Source: Phoronis australis
Taxonomy: Eukaryota; Animalia; Phoronida
Reading direction: 5' to 3'
Length of the DNA: 64,000 nt
Assembly: GCA_002633005.1 (NCBI GenBank)
Contig: NMRA01000308.1
Location: 1-64,000, forward strand
Shown: positions 40,010 through 54,022 of the stretch, piece after piece
Layout: each line of letters begins with the position of its first letter
Numbering within the stretch: the stretch's first letter is position 1
Notes under the pieces: model-generated
Told to the model about the DNA's origin: nothing
The model's database searches: none
What the model saw: only the letters and a program-made list of their open reading frames with translations
Made by a program: the position numbers and the translations under genes

Positions 40010-40570
40010 AACGAACAAATATTAACAGAGAATTTTCATCAACGTCGATGACTGAGGGATACACCCGAAGACGCACAAGGTAGTGATTTACACACGTAAA
40101 TCACTGGCAGATCTACGTTTTCAGTAAGGGGGGTTTAGGATTCGAGCGTATCCGAGGCGCGTAGCGCTGAGCGGAAGGAAGGTCGGAGGGGGTTTCCCCC
40201 TTCCGTGTACGATTTGTTGTGGTTTTTAGTAGCTGATTTCGTTTTTTGGGCGATTTTTTTTTCAATTTTTATTTTTGATTCTGTCCCGAGGGTGGGGGAT
40301 TGAACCACTGAACCCCCCTGTATATCTGCCTCTGTAACTTAATTATTTACGAGCATAAATTACGCCCAAAATAATTACTGTATGTACTTAAAAGTTACTT
40401 TGCGCCGCAACAATTAGTTTACGCCGTTAAAAGTTAATTTACGCCGCAAAAAATTAATTCAGGCCACTAACAAGAATTAATCTACGCACGTAAATTACGT
40501 GCGTAACGTTCACCAATTTGGCAACCGATAGTGACTCCTGATGAAACACAGCATTAATCCTGTTACAGCG
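40010..40570. repeat. Composite repeat: TTTACGCCG-type sub-repeats with an inserted short GC-rich MITE (~40102-40334)
   Basis: CACTGGCAGATCTAC...GTATATCTGCCTCTG inverted ends; repeated TTACGC motifs and palindrome TACGCACGTAAATTACGTGCGTA. Confidence 0.45.
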
Positions 40571-43500
40571 ACACGTCTGGAGGACCTCTCGTAGCACTTA
40601 GAAAGAATATAACGACATCGTCACCAACATAAAAGACTGACTAATGTTGATGCCAACAACAATGACCAGAAGACAGCCAGAACTTCAAACTCTCCGAAAT
40701 TAACTTCACCCGTAACTTAAGCCAACTCTGCACGTGTTCAAAGGCATGGAATACAATGGCAGACTTCAAATGAAAGTCTTCTAAATAACAGCCCATGTAG
40801 CCACGGTGACCAGCCTCGAGATACATGTTAATGGTTCCTCAATTAAGAACAATTAATGAAGTATTTATTAGCCATTAAGTCAATATAATTTCAAGGTGAC
40901 AGTAAAATAACGCATCACAGTTTAATTTGATGTGTGCCATATGCTTCTTTGGTTGGTGCAACACGGTTGACCTAGGGTCGTTTCAAACTAGAAGACATTG
41001 AGTAAAACTGAATGTTTAACAACAAGATAAGACATTTAAAAGTTGAACATCGTTTGGCATAAAATTTGTTTATTCAAGATTCAGAGGACAACAGTTTGGA
41101 ATAAGTTAGTTTCTTGTAAGTTCAGATTGAAAGCCTAAACTATACTTTATAACAAGACTATATCCCGCCAATCGCCCCAAATTCGCCAGCCAAACAGAAG
41201 GTACGTACTTAGGAGACGACATCAGCAATGCCACCAAACAACGTCTGCGTTCACACTGGGATCCAATCAACAACTGCGTCAACTGGGTTATGATTTCAAA
41301 GTAACAAGTTTCCTATCAGACACGCGATAATATGGAATTAACAGGAGCCCATGGCGTTTATTAAACAAACTTTTGTAATCCGATCGGGGTATCATGGGCC
41401 GCGCAAGATAGTTCGCATGACAGCGTTACAAGAGGCATACAGCTTTCAGAAGTCATTCTAAGTTTTCTGTTGGCAGCTAGTTTGCAAATGAGCCGCCAAT
41501 AATAAAACTGATAGCAGCGACTTGCTGATGGATTTTCAAAAGCATAGCAACACTTGTGCGTTCTTCTTTTTGGAATGCTGCGAATTTGAAATCATGATTC
41601 AAACCCGTCAGGCCCACTAGTCAATGTTAAACTTCCTGGTGGTAAGGACAAAACCAACGCGTAGAAGTTTGAAATACTCGACTTCATTTTGTTTCCACGA
41701 ATTTAGAATATAAAGATATCCTTAAATTGTGAAATTTCGTTAACTATATACCCTTAATATGTAAATGCGTTTTTTACTGTCATCAACCTAGATCGAGAGC
41801 TTCCCAGTTCTTTCAATAAATTAGATCGAAAATGGCACACATTCTGTGTTATATATATATGATGATGAAATGCTACTTCAAATTTGACATACAAAGAGAT
41901 ACTATAACTTAATTCGATACACACAACAAACCCAAATGATAGTGGTAATACCAAAAGGTAATCAATGTAGCCTAATGCTACTGTGTCCGTTTCACTTGCA
42001 GATAACGCTTACAAATCGCAGTATAAACACCAAATGTATCCTAATGCCACGTTTTCGTTTTACTTGCAGAAAGCAGGCGAAAAAATCAAGTGGAGTCACA
42101 GGTGAGAATAACTTCTCATCAAGTAAACAAATCCCATAATTATAGGTCAGCGTGTTGTTGATTACGACGTCTCCACAAATCCTTCATATCACAAAATTCG
42201 CACCTTACGCGCAACAACTGTCTTTACGTAACGGACACAATTGAATAACCAGAGCCGCGGAAAACGGGGGCGCGACAACAAACGCCTTCGCACAATGCTG
42301 AACTAACTTTTCCAGCAACTTTCAATGGAGGGTGTTAAGTTGAAAGAACGTGAAATTGTGCGATATGAAAACATGACGCTTTGACATCGTTTATCGAAAA
42401 GGTGTTGAGCGGTCACGCGACAGGTGGCACAGGAAATTGAAGCGAAGCTCAGAGGAACCGGCTGTCAAACTAAACAGAGGAGGTTATTACTGGTATTTTG
42501 TTGATATTATCTTTTTATTAAGGTGTTCTAAGGAGTTACACCCCAGGCTGAATTATCATTTTCGAGTCCTCTTCACAGTATCAGTTGTGTATCCAAAGAT
42601 AACCAAACTGCGGTGAACTTAAAAGATAACTGGTTTGCAGTTATATTTTTATTCTTCCAGTGGTAGCGGAGTCAAGAGGGATAGGGGGCTAAAAGTCGCA
42701 CGTTTTTCTTAATAGTTCAGACTTTTATTTCAATGTGTCAAATCTAGTTAATCCAGCTCCTCACAAGACAAAATGCTCGGTACTTCTGCAATTCTAACAG
42801 AAGACTCATCCTACAATATGGAATTTTGTTGATCACTACAAAAGCATCGGGGTGGGTTGCAAGTCCCTCCAACCGGGTAAGTGCGGCTCCCACACATTAA
42901 TCTATAATTATACCTTTGAGTGAAGGCATTGCTTATAAACAACCCATTTCAATTATTGTTCATAAGTATGCTTCCAAAGACGATTATGGCCGAATAAAAG
43001 CGCAAAGCAATTCCTTTGGGGCATGTTAGCCTCCCGGTATTTGGCCCGAGCCACCGCAGTGCAACTGCCTCGCAGGCAGGCCCGCCCGACCAGAGATGTC
43101 AAGTGGAGACGGGAGCGAAAAGCCAGCAGCGCCGGAAGGCAACTGCGCTAAGTCAAAATAAAGAGCGCTCCGCTACAACACTGGACGGCTCAGCCCGTGA
43201 ATCAACGAGGTGGTGCCGTTACGTCACATGCCGGACTCGACGTCTCGCGGTCGCCAGCGGAACAATAGCGAACCTTTTAGCCAGAAAATCGAACCGCGTT
43301 ATCGAGTGCATATTCGATATCAAAAGCAACGCATTAGCACCAATCGGTTAGCCCGAAGATCGAGGACTACCTGACAAGTATTAACAGGTTAAAAATGTAA
43401 ACATCAGTTTGTAAAGCACATAGGATAATATTTTGCTTGCACCAGGGAACAAACGCGTAATGGATTTTTCCCCTTCACATCGAATATAATTCCTATGCCA

Positions 43501-46500
43501 TTTTTGTTGTTGCTAAAATTGAAATAATTTAAAATTGAAATAATTTTTCTATAATAGTGGCTTTAAAAAATGTCGACCTAATAGTTAAATCACGGCAAAG
43601 GGTTGTCTGACGAGTTGTACAGCTTGTTTGTATCATATTTTCCAAACAGTAATTGAACTTTCATAACAGCAGGAGTTCACCATTTAACTGTATAATAAAG
43701 TTAAAGATATATCAGTCAATGAAAATAGTAATTTTACACAAGCCTGTGAATGCGTAATAAAGTAATAAAAGTATTTACCGCTTAATATTAATAATCGAAG
43801 AAAATAACAAATGCATACCTAAACAGTTAACATAAATCATTGGTGCACAGAATGCACAATAGAACGAAATTTTCCGTCAAACGCAAAATATTACCGTACA
43901 TCCAATTTAAATGGTTATTCAATTTAAGTCTCGGGGAAAACGTTATTCAATTTTTGTAGATAAGTTTGCGCACAATCAAAATGTTAGGAAATGTCCTACC
44001 ATGTTTGTTTATTGTGATAACTGACAATCATCGTGGTTTCGCAGACAGGGTAAACCAAAATAAATTTGAATGTTTGTTAATAAAAAAACGGGAGTGTTGT
44101 CAAAGATATACTGGAATCAAAACTAAAAACTCTAAATCAAATGACATACCAGTTTTTATGCCAGTTCACTTGGCACGGGCAATATGAGGTTTTACTGACC
44201 GCACTCGCCACTAATGCAACAGAGAAATCCTTGAAATTCCCTAACTTATGCTTTTATCAATCAAGCGCGCGATAATTAAATAAAAAAGTGGCGCCTCGGC
44301 ACGGTAACAAAATATAGTACCTAAATAAACAAGAATACGCCAGCAGACTGGATCACTGCTGCAACGCGAAGAACTAGACATCGAATTAGGTTGCAGTCCA
44401 CGCGGGAATCAACTGAGGAGGGGAAATAATGGCACTAAATAACACAATGAGTTGAATTGCATTTTTAAAGTCGACCACTTCAGAACAAGAATCAACTAAA
44501 GGCACAGGGAGCTGTTTTGAAAATAATCACGAGTCTCCACAAAACTGAGAAAGAAAAGACCCCTACATCAAACGAATCTAGGAAGGAGAAAAAGAAATGC
44601 CCTGGGCTCTAGTCAATACTTCTGGCTGCCCGCTTTGACAACTGTCGTCTCGAAATGTAATCTAGAGTTAATTATAACGTAAACCGAGTCGACTAATTAC
44701 TAAAGTAACATCTGCAATACAACTTGGTTCTAGCGCTGGCCGAAGTCTGAGCGCTCTGAGATTTTAATAAGCCAGGCTGCCAATTTTGCGCGACCAATCA
44801 ACGCCCTTTCTTTTGCCATTAAAAGGTTCCACGTTCTAAGGATGGGGTTACGCACTTGAATGTTCTAACCCTGACGGTAATTAATGTCGGTATTTTAACA
44901 AGGACATTGCAACCCCTCGAATAAATATTAACTTGGCAATTTTTCTGATTCAACAACTGGAAACTGATCAATTCCCATGAATAATGCAATAGGTTTGAAA
45001 ATTCGAGGCAGCAACATTAGAAACACCTAACACCTAACGTCAAATTCCTTAAACGACGACGTTAGTAAAAAATGCAACGCAACATAAAAAGAAAGTAGCC
45101 ACAAAGTGAGCGGTTTACGACAAGCTTTAATAGTCCTGCATTCACTAAGGTGACACGCGACGATATGTTAGTGCTTTCTAATCCAATAATGAGTCTGCTA
45201 ATTGTCTGAAAAGGGATACCGGCGACTAATGTCGAACAAACAATGAAAGCCAACGCCAAAAAATGCGAGGGCAACCCCCAACATCATCGCGCATCACCGA
45301 ACAACAAGGAACTCACAAGTTTATCGGTTCGCAAAATTATCAGGGGAGGAAGCTGGAAATTACAGAATCGGCGAAAAACAAAACTTACAGGCAGCATTCC
45401 TTTTCATTTAACTTTTTAAGTTTTGTATTCTTTTATTTGTTTTTTTTTAACTTGAAAATTTTATCAGGTAACACTCAAACAACGAGGAAAGTCACCAAGG
45501 AAGGGTGGGTGCTGTAAACCACATGGAGTTGCGTTTTGAGTTCACAAGTCACGATTTTCACTTTTACGTAGAATGCAGGTCGTGGGTCACAAATTACAAT
45601 GACAGGGTAAAATCACTTATAACGTCAACACTTTAAAATTAACATACTGGGTTACAACTCTTGGGAAGGAAATGTTAAACTCACCATTGTTACCAAACTA
45701 CATTTGTAATTTGTGCTTCAGATGCAATAAAGTTTGACTTGACAGGAAAAATTAGTTCACTGGAAAAACAGAAGCTTGATGAACAATTAGGTGGACTGTA
45801 ATAAGTTAAATATTCAATCGAAGCACAATGCATAATACGATATAAATACTTTATTTTTACTTCGTCTCCTGGAACCAACCCAACAATGAAGCTATATACC
45901 TGCACTAAAACATTATGACGACTACGTAAAACCAACTCTTCGACACAAGTGAACAGAAATCGTGCGCATGCTCATCGTAGGCTCACTCAACTGCGCAGTC
46001 ACCACAAGCTCTCCCTACAGGAAGCGGCGCATGAGGAGCGCCGCAGTGCTTGTTGGCCGCCATACATAAACAAACGTGGCTCAGCGAGAAAGACCACTGA
46101 CATGAGAGAGGTGGCCGCGGCACACCAGGGAAACGACAGTGTGCATCGTTGTCCGCATGGTCATAAAAGTGTCTGTGAATTAGTTTGTTAACTACTTCTG
46201 TCGCCTCGATATCGAGGAGCAAGACATTGAGTTTCTATTCAGCTGGCGACCACAAGACCGAGACGACGGAACTCGACCTAAGTCAAGTTTCCATAAAAAG
46301 TTCCGAGAAAATTATATCAAAACACCGATTGAGGAAAGTGTAAGCCTGAAGCACAGAACACGTTTGAGAAGAGCTTGCAAGTGGAAATAATTGAAGGAAG
46401 CTGTAATTTCTCCTGACGGAAAAAGTACTCCAGTCCGCCAGTCAGGAATCGGATTCACTACGTCCCAGCGACTGCGAGCAACTGGATTTAGGTTCTGTAG

Positions 46501-46845
46501 TCTAAAAATACTCAAAGACAGCGAAGTTGTTTTTAACAGACAGTGACTGAATTGTCAATGAAAATTTATCTCGCTCCGAATTTGAGACTGAGACTTCTCT
46601 GACATAAAACACTGTGCATACGATCTCCTAACAAAACGTCATTGGAGTAAACAGTCCCAAAACAGTCACTACTGCCGACTACAGCGGAATTGCTAACGGA
46701 GGATAGACATCTGCCTCACTTCAAAACTATTTTGGTGTAATTTCACCTGCACGGTGACACGAACTCGAGATTTTTGGAGGCGATTCTACAGATTTCCACC
46801 GCGATGCACACCGAACTGGTCGACTGTGACTACCGCTATCTAGAC

Positions 46846-46953
46846 ATGATGACCGCACAATCCAAGCTGGTGTTTCAGCTTAATAAATACTATCAAGAGC
46901 GAGTTACGGCCAGGAAGGCTGGTATAGCAAAGACTATACGAGAAGTTTGCAAG
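46846..46953 (+). CDS. mab-21: mab-21 exon 1 (MMTAQSKLVFQLNKYYQERVTARKAGIAKTIREVCK); in-frame upstream ATG at 46804 would add 14 aa
   Basis: Matches the MAB21L1/2 N-terminus; AAG|GTGAGG donor, phase 0. Confidence 0.93.
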
Positions 46954-47726
46954 GTGAGGCAACATCATTTTCTAAATTTTTAAATCCAATTGTTGTTCCA
47001 CCAAAATTAACGACAATAACTTACTTTACTGTGTGTAGAGAAACTTGTGACAAGCATTGTACATTCTTGACGACTCTTCAATAAATTATTAAATAACATA
47101 ATTGTTAAGAATAGCTGAGGCATAGACACTAAAATAAAATGAGTAAGCCTGCATTTATCCGTCCATATTATACACAAGTGATGTCTTCCAATTATTCTCA
47201 CCGAATAACACCCGTTACTCAATGGATAAAGCTAGTTCTCGGCGACTTCCAGATAATTTAGACGATTAAAAAACAATTACTTTATTTAACCGAATAGTAT
47301 TTGCGCTTTCAATAATATTGCAGAGGCCTGCATACCTATCTTCACCAATCCCAAACATAATACATACAAAACATAAAGGTTATTTTTTCCAAAACAAAAC
47401 ACAAAAAATTAAAAATATCAAAACAAATCTGAACTCAGTAAAATATTACATTCACAAGAAAATTAAGATTTTTTTCCTAGATACCATAATAATTACATAT
47501 AAAAACGAAACAAATTCAGTTGAATATAGCAGCACTACTTCCCTTTGATCTACACTAAAATTACGTTGTTTCAACAACTTCATAAATAAACACTCTGGTG
47601 CAAAATTGCATGCATACTATATCCCAGCAAATAATTTAAGCAGCAAATAATTTAAGCCCACCGCCTTCCTACTGGCCCTTCTCACAACTTTCATAGCATA
47701 ACTTTACTTATTTATTTCACAAACAG

Positions 47727-48698
47727 GTCGTACAAGACGTTCTTAAAGAGGTCGAAGTGCAGGAGCCTAGATTTATTTCGTCCCTTAGCGAAGTGGGAGG
47801 CCGTTACGAGGGACTGGACGTCATTTCGCCGACAGAGTTCGAGGTTGTTCTTTATCTGAATCAGATGGGCGTCTTCAACTTCGTTGACGACGGCAACGTG
47901 CCGGGATGTGCAGTGTTAAAACTGAGCGACGGCCGCAAGCGCTCCATGTCGCTCTGGGTGGAATTCATTACCGCCTCAGGTTACTTATCCGCGCGCAAAA
48001 TTCGGTCGCGATTCCAGACTTTGGTCGCGCAGGCGGTGGACAAATGCAGTTACAGGGACGTGGTAAAAATGGTTGCAGACACGACCGAGGTGAAACTACG
48101 CATTCGCGAACGCTATGTAGTGCAGATCACCACGGCGTTTCGGTGCGGCGGCATTTGGCCCCGCAGTGGATCGCATTGGCCGGTTCCCCACAGCCCTTGG
48201 CCGAATCCGAACCTGGTAGCGGAGGTGAAAACGGAAGGTTTCAATCTACTTTCCAAAGAGAGTATCTACATGAAGGACAAGCAATCTAGTTCGGAAGGCG
48301 ATTCCTGGGTTATATCATTTGTAGACGCGGAAAACAAACTTCTCAAGGGCGGTTGCCGCAAAAAATGTCTGAGTACATTGAAAACACTTAGGGACAGACA
48401 CTTGGATATACCGGGACAGCCGATACAAAATTATCACTTAAAAACGCTCTTGCTTTACGAATGTGAGAAACACCCACGAGAAATTGATTGGGACGACGCC
48501 TGTATGGGGGACAGGATCAACGGGATCCTCCTACAGTTGATCTCGTGCCTGCAGAATCGTAGGTGCCCCCACTACTTTATACCGAACCTGGACCTCTTTC
48601 GCGGCAAGTCGACCGCGGCCATGGACAGCGCGGCCAAGCAGGCTTGGCGGATCTTGAGGGAACTTCTCACCAACTCGAGAAGTATGGAGAAGTTATAA
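47727..48698 (+). CDS. mab-21: mab-21 exon 2 (VVQDVLKEVEVQEPRFISSL...TNSRSMEKL*); cGAS/Mab-21 nucleotidyltransferase fold
   Basis: AAACAG acceptor; hallmark PTEFEVVLYLNQMGVFNFVDDG, LSDGRKRSMSLWVEFITASGYLSARKIRSRFQTLVAQA and CPHYF; spliced length 36+323=359 aa, as in vertebrate MAB21L1/2. Confidence 0.98.
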   Translation, partial: VVQDVLKEVEVQEPRFISSLSEVGGRYEGLDVISPTEFEVVLYLNQMGVFNFVDDGNVPGCAVLKLSDGRKRSMSLWVEFITASGYLSARKIRSRFQTLVAQAVDKCSYRDVVKMVADTTEVKLRIRERYVVQITTAFRCGGIWPRSGSHWPVPHSPWPNPNLVAEVKTEGFNLLSKESIYMKDKQSSSEGDSWVISFVDAENKLLKGGCRKKCLSTLKTLRDRHLDIPGQPIQNYHLKTLLLYECEKHPREIDWDDACMGDRINGILLQLISCLQNRRCPHYFIPNLDLFRGKSTAAMDSAAKQAWRILRELLTNSRSMEKL

Positions 48699-49088
48699 CG
48701 TATAACGAATATTGTAGGCGATTGAGGGATTGGACAAACCAAAACACCACAGGCTACCGTTGTTGGCGGTGAAACTTTTTACCTAAAGAGAGATGAGATG
48801 ATTGCAAGAAAAAGTGCAGGAATGTAGAATTTTCGAAATATAAATAGCAAATTAATTAATTCTTTTAAAATCAAAATTAGCATATTCCAAACCAGGCGAT
48901 GTGCAAACTGTAATCATTGTTATTCCTCCGAATTGTGAAAGCTAGTCAAAAGCAGAATGCATGTTATTCCGTGAGGATTTTACTGAGTATTTATTTGTGT
49001 TGTTGTTTTTATTGTTGATATTTATGTAAATACGTCCGCTGTGAAACTTTGCAGCAACCTGACAGTGCTATGAATCTCGTGATGACGA

Positions 49089-49094
49089 AATAAA
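49089..49094 (+). promoter_or_regulatory. Candidate mab-21 polyadenylation signal
   Basis: AATAAA ~390 nt after the stop, following an AU-rich 3' UTR (TATTTAT, TGTAAATA). Confidence 0.55.
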
Positions 49095-52000
49095 ACTATT
49101 CTAGAACTGAAGATGGTTCTCTAAGCACAACAGGCTGTGATACTTCCATTTCCCCCAAGAGACGTGACCACAGAAAATTTTTATCACTTTTATGCTTTGT
49201 GTGAAAGCTTTTAAAAAGGTAAAAATGATCTCATTAGTAAATTATATATGGATCACAGAAATCTTCGAATTAATTTTGACACATTATTCCCGAGCAAAGC
49301 CGTTTCATTTCAACACGAAATTTGAATGAAATTAAATAAAACCTTGATAAGAAGACACAAGGAGACACGACAAGTGGAAATTAATGGGCGATACTGTACA
49401 CTAACATACATGTGCTTGGAGCAGTCTAACCCCGTCAAAATTGATGGCCTTTTGACAAAATTCTTTATTTGTGAATACTCCGAACGATTTGTTTGGGATA
49501 GAAATCTCTCACCACCTTAGGGAGGGAATGAGATTGATATTCTGGGTTGTAAAGTAGAAATGTCGTCATTTGACATAAACATTGAGGCACTGCGACCAAT
49601 GAGCACAAAATGGGCGACCAAATGCTTTTTACAGCTCATATCAAAACAGATAAACATCAAAACATAAAAACATATGTAGCAATTACGACCAAGAACGCAC
49701 CGTATGCGATGTCACAATACCTGAAGTGTTACTCTGTTTATGACACCGGAAACAAAACGAAATGAACAATAAAACGCGGATAAACACAAGTTCTACAATC
49801 AATAGCAGAGCTAAAATATGCTATTACCCATCAAGAACTACAAATCATCTCAAGGAAGGAAGTTCGACTATTTTCAGCAATGCACACAAAATTATGATCG
49901 TTCTACAAATGGACAGAACTAAATCAAACTCGGTTACACTGAATAAAAAAGCCCTGCATGTTCAATGGCGTTTTGAAAATAAAAGATTGTCAAAACAAAA
50001 ATATACTAAATACGATTATCAAAAGCCTGAAATTATAAAAAATCCGCACATATTTTGCTTAAAACTTTAAGAAACTGGATTTACGTCTGTCATTTTATTG
50101 CAGTGGACAGAGGCGGGTGCCAGTGACATATGTCCAACGAATCACCGCTACCGCTCATTTGCCAATAATTGGTTCATTTTGACGATTCTACACAGTTTGG
50201 CCCATGTTTATATTCCCGTAAAAAGCAAGCCATTATCCCATAAGTGGAGAGATCTTTGTGTTCAATTGACGATTGCCTCGTGAAGATGACGAGTCATTAT
50301 GGAAATTATATGTTTTGCCAGAGTACGCGCCGTCACTTGCGATTAGCCACCCGAAGCGTAATCAGACATTTCCTCCATAGAAGTTGATATTACGACATAA
50401 CGTATAGTGGGCCGAGATGAGAAAGCACACGGAGAAACATAGTGCCTAACACCTGCGAAAGGTTATGCCGAAAATGTGTAAATAACTGTAAAAAAATTGC
50501 ATATCTGTTATTTGCCCGACGCTGCTGCATATATACAGTGCCAGCCAGTAGGCAAACAAAAGCATCCTACTCCAATCCTCGTCCTCTACTCACTTGAAAT
50601 TATAATCTGCGAACTTAAGTGATTGTTGCACTATGGGATTGGAATTTGAATATTTTTTACCTTATGAAACGTTAACTTTTAGGAGCACATGAGCACTCTG
50701 GCCATCTTTCGAATAAAGCAGAGTAATATGACCGATCATTTACTAATTAAAGTCCATCCCTACACGGGTAATTGGCAAGGCGTTGTTAATTAATGTTTCC
50801 AGTGTCGTCATACGCTCAAAAGTGATAGCTGCAAAGTTAGAAAAAAGTCGGACATTGCAACTTTCACACTGGTTCCTAGTTTCACAGGAGTAAATTCGTT
50901 CAGCGCGAAATATTTGAATGTTATTGCGAACAATATAAAAGCATTCTTGACCAAGCACCTTTGAAATTCATTTTTCTTTTCTGCAACATTAAAGTAATGT
51001 TACTGGTTGTCAAGAATGGACGTCTACGTAATTCTAAATACAACCTATGCATAATTCTACACAAGCTTGATCCGGGTGAGACTGCTGAGAATTCATAGAA
51101 CTGAAAATCCCATCGACTCATCACGTATCTACTGAATAGACGTGTATTTAGGTACGCGCACCTATGTCCGAGTTCACGCGTTCTATTCTTTCAATAGTTT
51201 TTATCAAGTGCTTCGCAAAGGCACATGACCCTAAACGTCACTTACACGTACGAGCAGATATTTCTCCTTTTTGTGGTTTCCATGGAATAGTTCGTGTTAA
51301 ATTGAATACACGTCAAAGCACATCATTTTGGAACGGATAAGTTAAGTTTCACACACAAAATGTCATAAAAGCTTGCTGCTCGGCATATTCAAGTCTCTCA
51401 CAAACAGGCGCATGCGCCTGATTCCGGAAACAGACAAAGCTTTAGATGCAGAGGCTGCGAGTTCATAATTAAAATGAGTCTCCCGATCTAAGTCGAGGAT
51501 TTGAGCACTAATAGTTGCAATGGAAAATATGACACATCTGAAAATATACAAAGGAGGGCGAAGTAAAACCTGGAAACAATTATCGTGTTATACACGATGT
51601 AAATAGTGAAGATAAATGCAATTTTAACTATTTTGCAAGCCTGTCAATATACAACCGTTGACCCTTCGTGGCAATCAAGTTGACATTGAAAACATAGACA
51701 AATGCTGGGCCAAGTCTGTACTACAGGCGGATACATGAATCAATTAACACAACATAAACGTGAGGAACTTTGTGAAGAGAGATCAGCAATACAGCATTAT
51801 GGGCATTAATTTAAGTCGAGGATCTAAAACACAAATACACAAGACCCCTGTTTGTTTTAGTTATCTTACAACGAGCTCTAATTTACGGCCACGTGTTGAT
51901 GATTCGACACGATTAGGTGTGTACGTAAAAACAGTGGCGCAAGGAAACCCCCTTTTTCTGTCATCGTTCAACAACCTCAAGTTGGAAAACAAGATGCGAA

Positions 52001-53767
52001 ACGGTGATAAAGCGTCTTCATTTGCCTCGCGATTACAAGCAGTTGACGCACGTCGCTCATCACTGAAATAATCACTGCAGATGAAAGGGGAACGGATAAC
52101 AGCGAGGAAACATTTGGCGCAGTGCGGCCTACCTACGAGATTTGACGAAAAGCAGGACGTGGCGAACCGGCGCGGATTCTCACCATGATGCAGCCTCTCA
52201 CTAAATTTCGTATAACGCATTGGTATGCATAGCACCAATAAACCATTATTGACGGAGTCGTACGGCACAAGAAGTCGATACAGTCAGCACAGACCGCTGT
52301 CAAATCCAATCACTGTGCAACGACTGACAGAGCGCAGGCACACCCCTCGGCAGACAACGTGGAGTGACGTCTGGTTTCGGAAGTATACAGAATTCCGTGA
52401 CATATTAGTAAATCACTTGAGTACATTCAGAAATTTCATGGAATAGAAGAAAAAATACAAAAGACAAAAAGGTCAACTGTAAAGCTATGAACACAGACCA
52501 AGAGTGGATAAATAAGAATTAAACTAGTTAATGTTCAAATAGTGGCGTTAATTTTCGGAAATATGCCTTATGAATGTCTACGTAACCAAAGACTAAGTTT
52601 CATTGTAAATGTTCGCGGTTTGTTTCTTGGTGCACTTTTACAGAAACTCTTTACAGCACCACCTACCGGCCATGTGTTTACAGTGACAGTTTTATCCCCA
52701 ACTGACGACAGAAATATGGGCAATTAAAGGATATCCAGTTTAAAATGGCATCATCATTCAACGATAAATCTAGACTTAAGTACAAGGGGCAAGGATTTGT
52801 CTATACAAATCTAAATTGTAGCTCGTTCATGAAAAGGTTAATAAACTCTGTGAAAAACGCGTCTGAGTAAAGAATAATGAAAAATTGTGTTAGAATACAA
52901 AAAGTCTACAAACTTCTTCAATTTTTAATTAGTAAAGTGGTGCGGGAACGACAAGGTGAAGTGATTCAAGAATCAAACTCCTGTATAAACGCTCCCAATA
53001 AGAGCGTTGTTTTAAAAATCGTGGGAATCTCAAGTGAAATAGCACATTTTCTGCAGTCAAGCTCAGGTGTTTCACTAATTAATTTTCACAAAAAGGCAGG
53101 TATTTACGGGCCCTTGTTGTTTCTGCAGAGTAGAATAGAACGGAATCAAAGGGAATCCATTTTTATTCGTTTATAAAAGAACACTGTTCACGTGTTAGCC
53201 CAAGGGTTGTGATTAACTTCATCTGGTCACCAGCTGACAGTGTCATTCGATGCGCGAAAGGAAGACGGAATAGTTATACTGAAAGAATAATTATAGACTT
53301 CTCCACACTGGGCGTGGCTATTTCCCTGGGTTGTTGAGGAGAAATTTCTTTTTAATGAAAATAAAATAGAAAAATTAATGAAATTCACTACTGCTATGAA
53401 ATTAGATACATTTTGATGAATTTCACTTGCTAATTAAATACTGACAAGTTAATGACTGACAAACTGTTTCATGATTTTTCACCAGAAACAACAGAGGCAT
53501 TGTATGCAGGGTAGATAGTCCCCTGTTCTTCAGGCTTTGTTGTCATGACAACAGATGGTGGTGAAAATCAGAGCAGGCACAGTTAATAACTTGAAGAGTA
53601 CAAGGTGGCCCAAACAGCACCCTATTTCAAAGATCATTCTTAATTTACAGTTTATAACAATTTCCACATTATTCAGTTGGTGTAGATAGCACACCAGATG
53701 ATTGTTTTGTCACTTCGGATGAAATTGGAGATCGGACTACACAGGAAATACAAATCCTTGAGGTCTA

Positions 53768-54022
53768 CAGGGCTTGGAACGACCAATGATAAAAAAGAGG
53801 AAAATTTTCCAGGTGATATATAGTTCCACAATTAAATAGGCTCCTGTGATAGAAATATTCTTGTGTTGTAAAATTTAAATGAAATAAACGTTTTTGCATG
53901 GATAAAGTTAAAATAATGAATAAAAAAGAGACGAAAAGAGAGGAAACTGGAAATCAAATATTTGAGGAAATCGAAGCCAAAAAAGAGGAAATCCTCTTAA
54001 AAGAGGAAAATTCCAAGCCCTG
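53768..54022. mobile_element. hAT-like MITE
   Basis: TIR CAGGGCTTGGAA...TTCCAAGCCCTG; GGTCTA duplicated on both flanks; internal AAAAGAGGAAA repeats. Confidence 0.8.

Noticed and set aside
47906-48289. 127-aa overlapping ORF inside mab-21
   Set aside because: Non-ATG start and no recognisable features; expected by chance in a GC-rich coding region.
47727-48698. Possible cGAS-like immune receptor or defence system
   Set aside because: The sequence is a canonical, highly conserved developmental MAB21L1/2 orthologue, not a divergent cGLR, and there is no STING-like neighbour.
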